Positions 1-8,681 of a stretch of DNA of 33,018 nt are shown here, one piece after another (position 1 is the stretch's first letter; each line of letters begins with the position of its first letter). The notes beneath the pieces were generated by a model. It was not told where the DNA came from, ran no database searches, and saw only the letters and a list, made by a program, of their open reading frames with translations. The DNA is from Planctomycetota bacterium (GTDB lineage Bacteria; Planctomycetota; GCA-002687715; DRQF01): contig JALTLO010000115.1 of NCBI GenBank assembly GCA_027001995.1, positions 1 through 33,018 on the forward strand, read 5' to 3'. The position numbers were made by a program, and so were the translations under genes.

Positions 1-466
1 GATTGGCGGCCAAACTTGCCAAGGATCCGGCTGTTGCTTTCAGTACCAAGACTTCGACTTGAAATGTCTGGCGACGGGCAGAGGCGATGGAGGTGATGAA
101 TCTCTGAACCTTCTTGACCACATCACCATGATGACGCACGACCAATCTTGTTCCGGACTCATTGAGCCGCATGAAAGTACCACTTTCTTCCCAGGAATCA
201 GCCCCGACAGCATCGCGGATCATGCGAACCAAGAAATCCGCCCGCGTCACGTTGTCGGACTCACCCTCAGCGACTGCGGGTTCATCTTCCTGAGCCCGAT
301 AAGCCCCTCGAATGGGAAGTTGCCAAGCCTCCACCACCGCGTCGTCGTTCCCCCGGGTAAAACCCTCCACATCGAAAATTTTCAGTTCGAAAGGAGCGTT
401 CTGCGCCTGGGTGGTTTGAGAAAAGATAGAGAACAAGATGGCTACAGTGAGAACAAGACGATTCAT
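1..466 (-). CDS. Secreted secretin-like (GspD N3-type domain) protein, runs off the left window edge; not in ORF track
   Basis: Manual translation from ATG at 466 is open to the edge: MNRLVLTVAILFSIFSQTTQAQNAPFELKIFDVEG...ADFLVRMIRDAVGADSWEESG...LVVRHHGDVVKKVQRFITSIASARRQTFQVEVLVL. It has a Sec signal (TQA-Q) and GGAG upstream, and lies 26 nt downstream of the anti-sigma stop. The motif order matches the N-terminus of 27966..29711. Confidence 0.75.
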   Translation of the reverse strand, partial: MNRLVLTVAILFSIFSQTTQAQNAPFELKIFDVEGFTRGNDDAVVEAWQLPIRGAYRAQEDEPAVAEGESDNVTRADFLVRMIRDAVGADSWEESGTFMRLNESGTRLVVRHHGDVVKKVQRFITSIASARRQTFQVEVLVLKATAGSLASLAAN

Positions 467-492
467 CGATCACTCCATTGACTTCAACTGGC

Positions 493-2121
493 CTATGAGA
501 GCATCCGAAGTTGATTCCTGCAAGCCTCTTCATCGAACATGGCAAAACCGGCCCAAGATGAAGGACTCTGCCTATTTTTCAGCTTCCGAAGCCCTTTCCT
601 GGCCAAGAGCCGAATTTTCTTTCGCTGATCACGAGCCATCCGGGCAAGAAACTCCCCGGAATTTTCTGACCCAATCCTGACGACAGCAGCAACGCAAGCC
701 TCTCGAAGCTGCACGTTCTCAGCCAAGACATAGAGCCTGCTCAGGACCTCTTCCCCCCCAATGATCCCAAGAGCTCGGATATATTGATTGCGGTGGTTGC
801 TCGGCCCATCGGAGGCTAAGCGAGCAAAGAAATCAACACTTTGGGGGTCAAAACTGAGAATCGCCTCTTCCACCATCAGAGTTTGCTCTTCTTGATGGCG
901 CCCATTCATAGACTGAGGATTCTGGGGCAACCTGTGCACCAACTTGAGCATGGCAGATTCAGACCCAATCTTGCCCAGAGCCTGAAAAGCATCCGCTCTC
1001 AGCTTTGGATCGTCCATGAATGTGGTCAAGATCTCCGCGTTCACTTCGTCGCCTTGGACACCCAACAAGAGCATGGCCCGCTTCTTACGGTCAATGGATG
1101 TGCTCCGAGACATGACTAGTTCCCGAGAGCGCTCAATCACTTTCTTGCGACTCACCAACTGGGCCATAAGACCATCGCTTTGCACTCCTCGAAAATGAAG
1201 GTCCATCAACATGTCTTCTGCCCGGGGATCTCCGATCTGGGACAAGACCGCCACCACCTGGCTCGGGTCATTCTCTATTTGCTGCCGACACAAGGATGCC
1301 AGAACGTTCCATGTTCTGGCTTGAGGCAATTTCATTAACAGTCCCACAGCATCTAAGAACTTCAGGTGATCCCGTGCCTCGCGCCCAATCAGACGGGCCG
1401 TATCAGCACGAGGATACTCAACAAGTGTCCCTAACAGCCTTAAGCGCAAGGGTGACTGGGATGGAAGTTCACGAAGTTCACGACGCAAAAGCGAGCGGGC
1501 TTGGCTCCTTTGAGTAGCAGCCAAAAAACCGTAGAGGACTTCAGTCTCTTCTAGATCGGCAGTCTTAAGGCGAGAGCCTACATAGACAACAAAATTTTGA
1601 CCAGCTCGATCAAATTGTCTTTGAACGCTTCTCAGCCGAGGCACGTTGACTCGAGAACCGGAAGGCTTTCCAGCTAAACTCTCTGACAAGAATCGCAAGA
1701 AAGAAGCACGAGCAAGCTGAATCCCTTCCTGCCCCTTCACCTCTGCGGTCTTTTCGGCAGCATGTTCTTCCTGTTGGCTTGGGGAGGTCGAGGGAATGAA
1801 CTTCCAGCCGACAACGGCCATGAGAAAACCCGCTGCCAGATAAGCCAGCTTCCTAGCGTTCAAAACACGCCTAAAAATTTGAACTTCATCCGACGTCACT
1901 GTGCGCGCCATCAAGGAATCACGAAAGGAGCGCTCGAAGTCTTCAGGAAGATCAACTGGTACGCCTCGGTGAAGCTGGCGATTTAGCCTTGCAATAGCAC
2001 GCACTTCATCCCGGCAGACAGGGCAGTTAGGCAAATGATCGTCGACAAGCTGCCAGCGAAGCTGGGAAAGCTCACCATCGACAAAGCCGTAGAGCTCTAT
2101 TTTTTCCGGGCAGTTGCTCAT
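493..2121 (-). CDS. Zinc-binding anti-sigma factor (zf-HC2) with one TM helix and a C-terminal HEAT-repeat region
   Basis: N-terminal FVDGEL...HLPNCPVC (HxxxCxxC), hydrophobic LAYLAAGFLMAVVGW segment, HEAT-like repeats (LRADAFQALGKIG, IRALGIIGG, AAVVRIGS). ATGA overlap with the sigma gene. Confidence 0.85.
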   Translation of the reverse strand: MSNCPEKIELYGFVDGELSQLRWQLVDDHLPNCPVCRDEVRAIARLNRQLHRGVPVDLPEDFERSFRDSLMARTVTSDEVQIFRRVLNARKLAYLAAGFLMAVVGWKFIPSTSPSQQEEHAAEKTAEVKGQEGIQLARASFLRFLSESLAGKPSGSRVNVPRLRSVQRQFDRAGQNFVVYVGSRLKTADLEETEVLYGFLAATQRSQARSLLRRELRELPSQSPLRLRLLGTLVEYPRADTARLIGREARDHLKFLDAVGLLMKLPQARTWNVLASLCRQQIENDPSQVVAVLSQIGDPRAEDMLMDLHFRGVQSDGLMAQLVSRKKVIERSRELVMSRSTSIDRKKRAMLLLGVQGDEVNAEILTTFMDDPKLRADAFQALGKIGSESAMLKLVHRLPQNPQSMNGRHQEEQTLMVEEAILSFDPQSVDFFARLASDGPSNHRNQYIRALGIIGGEEVLSRLYVLAENVQLREACVAAVVRIGSENSGEFLARMARDQRKKIRLLARKGLRKLKNRQSPSSWAGFAMFDEEACRNQLRMLS

Positions 2122-2693
2122 TTACCTAGATACCGATCTACTTGTTCCTTGAGTTTCTCCCGGGCATGAAAGAGACTCATTTTGACCGCATCAACACTGA
2201 TGTCCAGGGTCTTGCCAATCTCCTGGTAGTCGAAGCCCGTAGCACCGAAAAGCAAGAGTACAGTCCGTTGGCGCTCAGGAAGCCTCATGGTGGCATCCCT
2301 GAGCCACTCTGAAAGTTCGTGGGTCATGGCGGCCTGCTGGGGAGGCTCTTGCCCATCCGCTTGGAGAGTCTGTTCCTCAATCTCCAAAATGGTCCGCAGG
2401 ATGGCACGTTTCTTAGGCTTGATCCAATCGTTGAAATGATTGACCGCTATGGTGTAAAGCCAACTTCTGGTCGCCCCTTTCTCCCGCAAAGTCGGAAGCT
2501 TGCGAAAGGCCTTTACAAACACATCCTGAGCCAATTCTTCAGCATCATGATGATTGCCGCACAACTTGTAGAGAAAGACCTGAATTTCCCGAGAATGGCG
2601 CTCAATGAGGTCATCGATGTGATGGGAAGAAACAGAAGAGCCTGCTTTCTTCGTCTCAAGTCGCCGATTTCGTGAAAACATGGACTTCCCCAA
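2118..2693 (-). CDS. ECF RNA polymerase sigma-70 factor
   Basis: Region 2 (DAEELAQDVFVKAF, SWLYTIAVN) and region 4 (LPERQRTVLLL...YQEIGKTLDISVDAVKMSLFHAREKL). Start is TTG 2693 (GGAG upstream) or ATG 2681. Confidence 0.95.
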   Translation of the reverse strand: MGKSMFSRNRRLETKKAGSSVSSHHIDDLIERHSREIQVFLYKLCGNHHDAEELAQDVFVKAFRKLPTLREKGATRSWLYTIAVNHFNDWIKPKKRAILRTILEIEEQTLQADGQEPPQQAAMTHELSEWLRDATMRLPERQRTVLLLFGATGFDYQEIGKTLDISVDAVKMSLFHAREKLKEQVDRYLGK

Positions 2694-2725
2694 ACTCTGA
2701 TCGCTCCAGACTCATCATAGACTGA

Positions 2726-2751
2726 GACGATGGCGTATTGGCGAAGTAACA
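2726..2751 (-). promoter_or_regulatory. Candidate ECF-type promoter TGTTAC-N16-CGTC upstream of the sigma operon
   Basis: Minus strand reads TGTTAC ttcgccaatacgccat CGTC, ending about 30 nt before the sigma start. Resembles the TGAAAC-N16-CGWC class of ECF promoters. Confidence 0.4.
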
Positions 2752-2853
2752 GAAAAAGCAGGTATTTCCGGTGAATTTGGCCCTCATTTGGCGATTCCCA
2801 TGGTGGAAAGAGGACAACTAACCTGCCAGTTAGCAAGATGTCCCCGCCGCTGG

Positions 2854-3894
2854 TCAATAGGTGTGGCGAATAACCGGCGAGATTTCCACCAAGTAACCAG
2901 CGTAAAAGACAGCCATGAAACAATCAGCGGTGATATTGGGGGCTGCCCATGCTGGAATCACGAATTCATAGTGCCCCTGGCCATCCAACCCAACATGAAA
3001 AGGGGGCATTCCCAGGGGTGCATTCATGGTGAAGTAGGTCGACCCATCTGGGAAGATTCCTGCGAAAGGCCCACTGCCCACAGGCTGAGTCACTTTCCCG
3101 GAGAAGATGTTGTAAATGATGCCTCCGGGCCATGCAGGGGCATCAGCCACAAAGCGCCAGTCACCGTTCGCTAAAGCATCAACGCGAATCGAAGCCGCTG
3201 GAATCGCCGCTGGGATGGGTGAACCCGTGACGAAGCGAACGCCATCGAAATAGGCCCGAGAAGGCAAAGAAGAATCAACGGCATTGCCCACAGAGAGGGT
3301 CAGCGTGAAAGTTGTTTGGTCGGTGGCCTGGGGGAAATAAGCTGGAATATCAATGGAGCGATGTTTAACGGCGGTGGTCTTCATACCAGTCTGTGTGATT
3401 GTCTGGTTGAAGAGTTGGCTCGTTTGAGGCATGGGCGAGTTGATGTCTAAGTACAGGATATTCAGATTAGAAACGCCATCGCTCAAATCGATGCTCAGGA
3501 AATCCTCCCAAATGCTACCGGGAGACTCATTCGACAGAAAAGCAGCATCAATTTCGAGCTTGGTCACAGTGCCAGACAAAGTAAAACTCTCCCCCACAGA
3601 AACGACGTTCTGAGGTGGATTACCGAAACCATTCATCACAGAGGGCTTGGTGGCATTGGTAGATCCAGCCCCTGAGAATGTTAACCAACTCGAACCTTCT
3701 TTGGGCATACTGGCATCCGTACTGCCATCTCCTAAAACTTGAGCATCTTGGGCTGTCACCTGGGACCAGCCCGGAACCGAGGCGGCGGGAGGCGTGGTGG
3801 CCATCTCAAAACCTCCATTCCCGATTTGGGGAACGGCTGCGAGAAAAATCAGCCCAAGGCTGACAGAAATAATCAAAAAGGTGATGACGCGCAT
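2854..3894 (-). CDS. Secreted hypothetical protein (beta-rich N-domain, Pro/Ala linker, C-terminal domain)
   Basis: 346 aa ORF with an N-terminal hydrophobic signal. NGGFE...GW start and FDGVRF end are typical of carbohydrate-binding-like jelly rolls. Linker GSPIPAAIPAA. Confidence 0.8.
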   Translation of the reverse strand: MRVITFLIISVSLGLIFLAAVPQIGNGGFEMATTPPAASVPGWSQVTAQDAQVLGDGSTDASMPKEGSSWLTFSGAGSTNATKPSVMNGFGNPPQNVVSVGESFTLSGTVTKLEIDAAFLSNESPGSIWEDFLSIDLSDGVSNLNILYLDINSPMPQTSQLFNQTITQTGMKTTAVKHRSIDIPAYFPQATDQTTFTLTLSVGNAVDSSLPSRAYFDGVRFVTGSPIPAAIPAASIRVDALANGDWRFVADAPAWPGGIIYNIFSGKVTQPVGSGPFAGIFPDGSTYFTMNAPLGMPPFHVGLDGQGHYEFVIPAWAAPNITADCFMAVFYAGYLVEISPVIRHTY

Positions 3895-4044
3895 AATTCG
3901 GATCCTGCCCTAGCCTATGACCCACTTCCTCCGGGTCATTATGCCTATCAAGCCATAGATTTTGGCCATAAATATATATTCACTATCGGCACGGGGGCTC
4001 TCAGAACCTGCGAAGAAACAAAGAAAGCAGTGTAAACTGTGATC

Positions 4045-4072
4045 TTGATGCGGGCATTTGCCCTGCTATAAT
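4045..4072 (+). promoter_or_regulatory. Sigma-70 promoter of rpmH (TTGATG-N16-TATAAT, extended -10 TG)
   Basis: TTGATG at 4045-4050 and TGcTATAAT at 4064-4072, about 80 nt upstream of the rpmH ATG. Confidence 0.65.
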
Positions 4073-4153
4073 CCCCCCGCCTGAATACCGGGCCATAGAA
4101 CAAATAATCGGGGCATAGTGGTCTAAGCCCTTTGCTGAAAAGGACTTCAAACA

Positions 4154-4288
4154 ATGAAGATTCGTATTCGTAAGAGTAATCGCAAGCGCTCACGTAAGGT
4201 CGGTTTCCGCGCTCGCATGAAAACACGTGGAGGCCGCGCCATTATTCGTCGTCGTCGTCGTATTGGACGGCGCTTGACGCCCAAATAA
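4154..4288 (+). CDS. rpmH: 50S ribosomal protein L34 (44 aa); not in ORF track
   Basis: [44 protein letters not shown] contains the L34 core S-x-x-KR-x-R-x-x-GFRARM-x-T-x-x-GR. AAAGGA SD upstream, with its own promoter and terminator. Confidence 0.93.
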   Translation: MKIRIRKSNRKRSRKVGFRARMKTRGGRAIIRRRRRIGRRLTPK

Positions 4289-4314
4289 GCGCCCCACCCC
4301 AATTGGAAACGCAG

Positions 4315-4349
4315 AAGCCCTCGAACCGATTTGGTCGAGGGCTTTTTTT
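4315..4349 (+). terminator. Intrinsic terminator after rpmH
   Basis: Stem AAGCCCTCGA / TCGAGGGCTT followed by a T run. Lies between convergent rpmH and rho. Confidence 0.85.
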
Positions 4350-4422
4350 CGTGTTTCAGATGTTAGGGCTTCGGGAGGAAATCATCAGCCACATAGCCAT
4401 TTTCCCTCCCAAGCTGGATCTC

Positions 4423-5931
4423 TTAGCCACCCACATCGAACTTGGCCAAGAACTCGTCATTATGACTCGTTTTCTCCATACGTTCGATCAACAATGACAT
4501 AGCTTCAGATGGCTTGAGTTGATTCAAGACCCGCCGCAGGACCGTCACCTTGCGCAGTGTCCCTTCTCCCAACAACTTCTCTTCTTTCCTGGTGCCAGAA
4601 GCGGCTATGTCAATAGCAGGAAATACCCGGTTATTAGCCAGCTTCCGTGACAGGATGAGCTCCATGTTGCCAGTACCTTTGAATTCCTCAAAGATCACTT
4701 GGTCCATTCGACTTCCAGTTTCAATCAAAGCTGTGGCGATAATGGTGATACTGCCACCGTTCTCAATCTTGCGAGCAGCACCAAAGAAGGCTTTTGGTTT
4801 GGCCAATGTCTTGGCATCCACACCACCAGAGAGAATACGTCCACTGTGCTTGGTTTCATTGTTGTAAGCCCGGCCAAGTCGGGTGATGGAATCAAGCAGG
4901 CAAACCACATCGTGCCCGGCTTCCACCTGACGCTTCAGTTTTTCGAGAACGATTTCAGTGACACGAACATGATTAGCCGTGCCTTCATCCAAGCAACTGG
5001 CGATGACTTCAGCATTTGTACTGCGCTTGAAGTCAGTCACTTCTTCAGGACGCTCGTCGATCAAAAGAACAATCACCTTCGCTTTGGGATGACTGGCCGC
5101 AATTGCGTTTGCCATCTTTTGCATGATCACCGTCTTGCCCGTACGGGGAGGTGCGACAATCAAAGCCCGTTGTCCGAACCCAATGGGTGTCAGCAAGTCA
5201 ACGATTCGCATGGAGACATCCGGATCGATGGCCGTCTCCAAACCGATTCGCTCTTCTGGGTCACAAGCGATGAGGTTCTTAAACAGAACTTCGTCATCAT
5301 GCAACTCTGGATCCTTCTCGTTGATCTTGAGAACCCTGTGTAACGTTGGCTTTTGTGTCTTTTTTCTTGGCGGAGCCACATCCCCTTCGATCATACTGCC
5401 AGAACGAATGCGATACTTACGCACAAGATTCGTCGGTACATAGACATCTTTATCGTTGGGCAGATAGTAGTTCTCAGAGAACCGGATGAAACCAAAGCCA
5501 TCCTTCATGATTTCAATCAGACCGGTTCGACGCTCAAGCAGCTCTTCAGGGACATTCTGAGTGTCCATGCGCTCTTGGTTTCTGCCTCGGCGGCCCCGAT
5601 TGTTATTGCGGTTGTTGTTATTACGATTGTTGCTGTTTCGACGCCTGCGATTGCCGCCTTGATTGCGGTTGCGGTTTTGATTTTGGTCGCCGCGGTTGTT
5701 CTGGGAGTCAGAGTCGTTCCGATTGGCCGGGCCACGCTCTTGCTCGGACCGTTGGGGGCGCCTGTCGGAATCGGAACGTTCCGCGTTTTGGTTTCCGCCT
5801 TGTTGTTCATTCCCGTTGGGTCTGCGACCGCGGTTTGAACGACGACCTCGTGATCGCCCTTTTGTACGGGGCCCTTTGCTTTCGCCGCCCTGTTGTCCTG
5901 CGTTATCTTCCCGTTCTCTGGCTTCGTCCAC
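4423..5931 (-). CDS. rho: Transcription termination factor Rho with N-terminal low-complexity region
   Basis: DGFGFIR and DVYV RNA-binding motifs, P-loop APPRTGKT, IDERPEEVTD, LDSITRLGRAYN, FEEFKGTGNMEL. GTG start with AGGA SD and an in-frame stop three codons upstream. Confidence 0.97.
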   Translation of the reverse strand: MDEAREREDNAGQQGGESKGPRTKGRSRGRRSNRGRRPNGNEQQGGNQNAERSDSDRRPQRSEQERGPANRNDSDSQNNRGDQNQNRNRNQGGNRRRRNSNNRNNNNRNNNRGRRGRNQERMDTQNVPEELLERRTGLIEIMKDGFGFIRFSENYYLPNDKDVYVPTNLVRKYRIRSGSMIEGDVAPPRKKTQKPTLHRVLKINEKDPELHDDEVLFKNLIACDPEERIGLETAIDPDVSMRIVDLLTPIGFGQRALIVAPPRTGKTVIMQKMANAIAASHPKAKVIVLLIDERPEEVTDFKRSTNAEVIASCLDEGTANHVRVTEIVLEKLKRQVEAGHDVVCLLDSITRLGRAYNNETKHSGRILSGGVDAKTLAKPKAFFGAARKIENGGSITIIATALIETGSRMDQVIFEEFKGTGNMELILSRKLANNRVFPAIDIAASGTRKEEKLLGEGTLRKVTVLRRVLNQLKPSEAMSLLIERMEKTSHNDEFLAKFDVGG

Positions 5932-6736
5932 TTTGATTCAATCCTAAACAAAACAAATTCTTAAACACCTATGGTTATGAATGGAGGACGGGCCCAATAC
6001 GTAGCTCAGTCGTTCAAATCATGATCGTAGGTTTGTATTTTCGTGATCCAAAGGCGCCCTGTTGGCACCATTTGCTGGTTGATGCTTAAAGCATCGTCTC
6101 CTGATCAATTGGGACGCCAAGCCCAAGGTAATCCCTCGCTTCATCATAAGCGAAAAAAACTGCCGGGCGTCATTTCAGTTATTCGTTCGAACCTGAGGTG
6201 AGGGACTGACTTCGTTTGCCCTAAAACCGTATCACGATCAGCGAAGCTGAGCATGCGTTCGTGCCGAATTCTCTCTTGGTCTTTCCTTGGCTTCCTCAAT
6301 CCCCTGCCCACTGGCAATGAATTGGACTTAGAGCCGCATCGAAAATCGAGCATTGTCAGCGCATCGATTTTTCGGAGTTTGTGTGATCTATCCAGATCCT
6401 ACTTCATGCCCCCGACCAAAAACGAAGCAATTCTCGAAACAGTATGATTGGCATTCCAAGCCGCTCACCGTCTGCGAAACTTTTTTGGTGGGTGGGACAA
6501 AGGTCTCGTCTGATCTTCTATAACCTAGCAATTGGGCATGGCTCAAGAAGAAAACTGCAAATGATCGATTTCCTTGAAAGATTCTAACCTGTTCAACACA
6601 CGGGTCTTCCGTGAGAATCCCCACCGAATCGTACACCAAGAAATAAATGTTTGGGTAGGCAAACGGTCCATTTCAGAGAATTTTGCTGCCCTTTTCTCCC
6701 GACCTCGACGCCTGGCGAGGCCGCAAGATGGTTCTT

Positions 6737-8524
6737 TTATCGCTTTCGGGTCTTGGCCACCAAAGCCATTTTGCGCAAACGAATCGACTTGGGTGTGATC
6801 TCAACGAGTTCATCATCTTCGATATACTCGAGAGCTTCTTCCAAAGAGAATTCCCGTGGCGGCGACAAAAGCAGTTTCTTGTCAGCCCCAGATGATCGCA
6901 TGTTGCTCAATTTCTTTTCTTTGGTGACATTGACATCAATATCATTGTCTTTAGCGTGCTCGCCAACAATCATGCCCTTATAAACGGCTGTTTGGGGGGT
7001 GACAAAGAATGAACCTCGGTCCTTCAAATTGAACAAGGCATAGGCGACGGCCACACCACTTTCGGAAGTAACAATCACACCATTAGCACGTCTTGGCAGC
7101 TCACCTTTGTGGGCTTCCCAAGCTTTGAACAAATGGCTCATTGTAGCTTCGCCAGCAGTCAAGTTCAGAAGCCTAGTCTTCAGGCCAATGATACCACGAG
7201 CCGGAATAGAGAACTCCAAGTTTGTGAGCCCTTGGCCCGAAACCATGTTCACCATCTCACCCCGGCGTTTACCCACTTCTTCAATCACCTTGCCACAGCT
7301 CAAGTCCGGACAGTCAACAACCAAAGTTTCGATGGGTTCATGTAACTTGCCCCCGATTTCTTTCATAATGACCTGAGGTTTACCCACAGCAAACTCAAAG
7401 CCTTCCCGGCGCATGTTCTCCACCAAAATGCCTAAGTGAAGAATGCCTCGCCCTGACACTTTGAAAACTTCTGCTCGATCCGTGTCCTCAACGCGAATAG
7501 CGATATCCCGCTCCAGCTCTCGCATCAAACGATTGCGAATTTGACGAGAAGTGACGAATTCGCCTTCCTTTCCGGCAAACGGACTGTCATTGACTCGAAA
7601 GACCATAGACAGAGTTGGCTGGTCGACATTGGGGGAATGAATCGCGTCGATGTTTTCTGGATCGCAAAGGGTATCGCCAATCTCGACGTTGTTGATGCCT
7701 TCAAGAGCCGCGATATCGCCAGCAATGATCAGGTCTCTTTCGACTTGTCCGAGACCTTCGAAAGTCATGATCTTCTTGGGAGCCGCAGAGAACGTAACGT
7801 CGCCACTCTTCACTAATGCGATTTTTTGGGCACGCTTGATGGTTCCCCGAAAAACGCGACCAATGGCAACACGCCCGGTGAACTCGCTGTATTTCACTGA
7901 GGTGACGAGCATCTGAAAAGGGCCATCAGGATCGGCATCGGGCTTCGGGACATACTTAACGATGGTCTCGAACAGGGGCTCGAAATTATCATTGTCATCC
8001 TCGTGCTCGTAGCGTGTGTAGCCATCCCGCCCAGAGGCGTAGATCACAGGAAAATCAAGTTGTTCGTCGTTGGCATCCAAAGCGACAAAGAGATCGAACA
8101 CTTTGTCCAGAACCACATCAGGTCGAGCATCAGGACGGTCAATTTTGTTGATGACAACGATAGGCCGCAGATTCAGATCGAGGGCTTTGCGCAGCACAAA
8201 TCGTGTTTGAGGCATGGGGCCCTCAAATGCGTCGACCAAAAGCAAAACGCCATTGGCCATCTTCAAGACCCGCTCAACCTCACCACCAAAATCACTATGC
8301 CCAGGAGTGTCGATGACGTTGATCTTAACGTCTTTATAGGTGACAGAGATGTTCTTTGAGAGGATGGTGATACCCCGTTCTCTCTCCAAGTCATTGTTGT
8401 CCAAAATACATGTATCAACTTGCTGATTGTCGCGAAAAAGCCCGGCAGTTTGAATCATGCCGTCCACTAAAGTGGTCTTACCGTGGTCGACGTGAGCAAT
8501 GATGGCGACGTTGCGAATGTCCAT
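6737..8524 (-). CDS. typA: Translational GTPase TypA/BipA
   Basis: [69 protein letters not shown]. Start trimmed to ATG 8524. Confidence 0.97.
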   Translation of the reverse strand: MDIRNVAIIAHVDHGKTTLVDGMIQTAGLFRDNQQVDTCILDNNDLERERGITILSKNISVTYKDVKINVIDTPGHSDFGGEVERVLKMANGVLLLVDAFEGPMPQTRFVLRKALDLNLRPIVVINKIDRPDARPDVVLDKVFDLFVALDANDEQLDFPVIYASGRDGYTRYEHEDDNDNFEPLFETIVKYVPKPDADPDGPFQMLVTSVKYSEFTGRVAIGRVFRGTIKRAQKIALVKSGDVTFSAAPKKIMTFEGLGQVERDLIIAGDIAALEGINNVEIGDTLCDPENIDAIHSPNVDQPTLSMVFRVNDSPFAGKEGEFVTSRQIRNRLMRELERDIAIRVEDTDRAEVFKVSGRGILHLGILVENMRREGFEFAVGKPQVIMKEIGGKLHEPIETLVVDCPDLSCGKVIEEVGKRRGEMVNMVSGQGLTNLEFSIPARGIIGLKTRLLNLTAGEATMSHLFKAWEAHKGELPRRANGVIVTSESGVAVAYALFNLKDRGSFFVTPQTAVYKGMIVGEHAKDNDIDVNVTKEKKLSNMRSSGADKKLLLSPPREFSLEEALEYIEDDELVEITPKSIRLRKMALVAKTRKR

Positions 8525-8681
8525 GAGCAAAAATAGCCCTGTTTCAGGAATAAACGAGTGGCACAAAGCGTGCATTTGCGGCCCATTTGGGCCCAATCCC
8601 AGATTGATCTGAGGGTTGCTATAGAGGCTCTACAGCGGCGGAAGATAGCACTGGCCCATAAGACCCGCAAGTTGGCTCTGC

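Noticed and set aside
59..481. 140-aa plus-strand ORF
   Set aside because: Antisense shadow of the minus-strand gene <1..466, which has an SD, a signal peptide and a paralog in the window.
4247..4261. (CGT)5 microsatellite
   Set aside because: Simply the poly-Arg codons of L34.
5517..5951. Alternative-frame and antisense ORFs and short (GTT/GCG)n repeats in the rho 5' region
   Set aside because: By-products of the Asn/Arg low-complexity coding sequence. There is no repeat-spacer periodicity, so this is not a CRISPR or tandem array.
8525..8596. N-terminal extension of typA
   Set aside because: TypA homology begins at [11 protein letters not shown] (ATG 8524).
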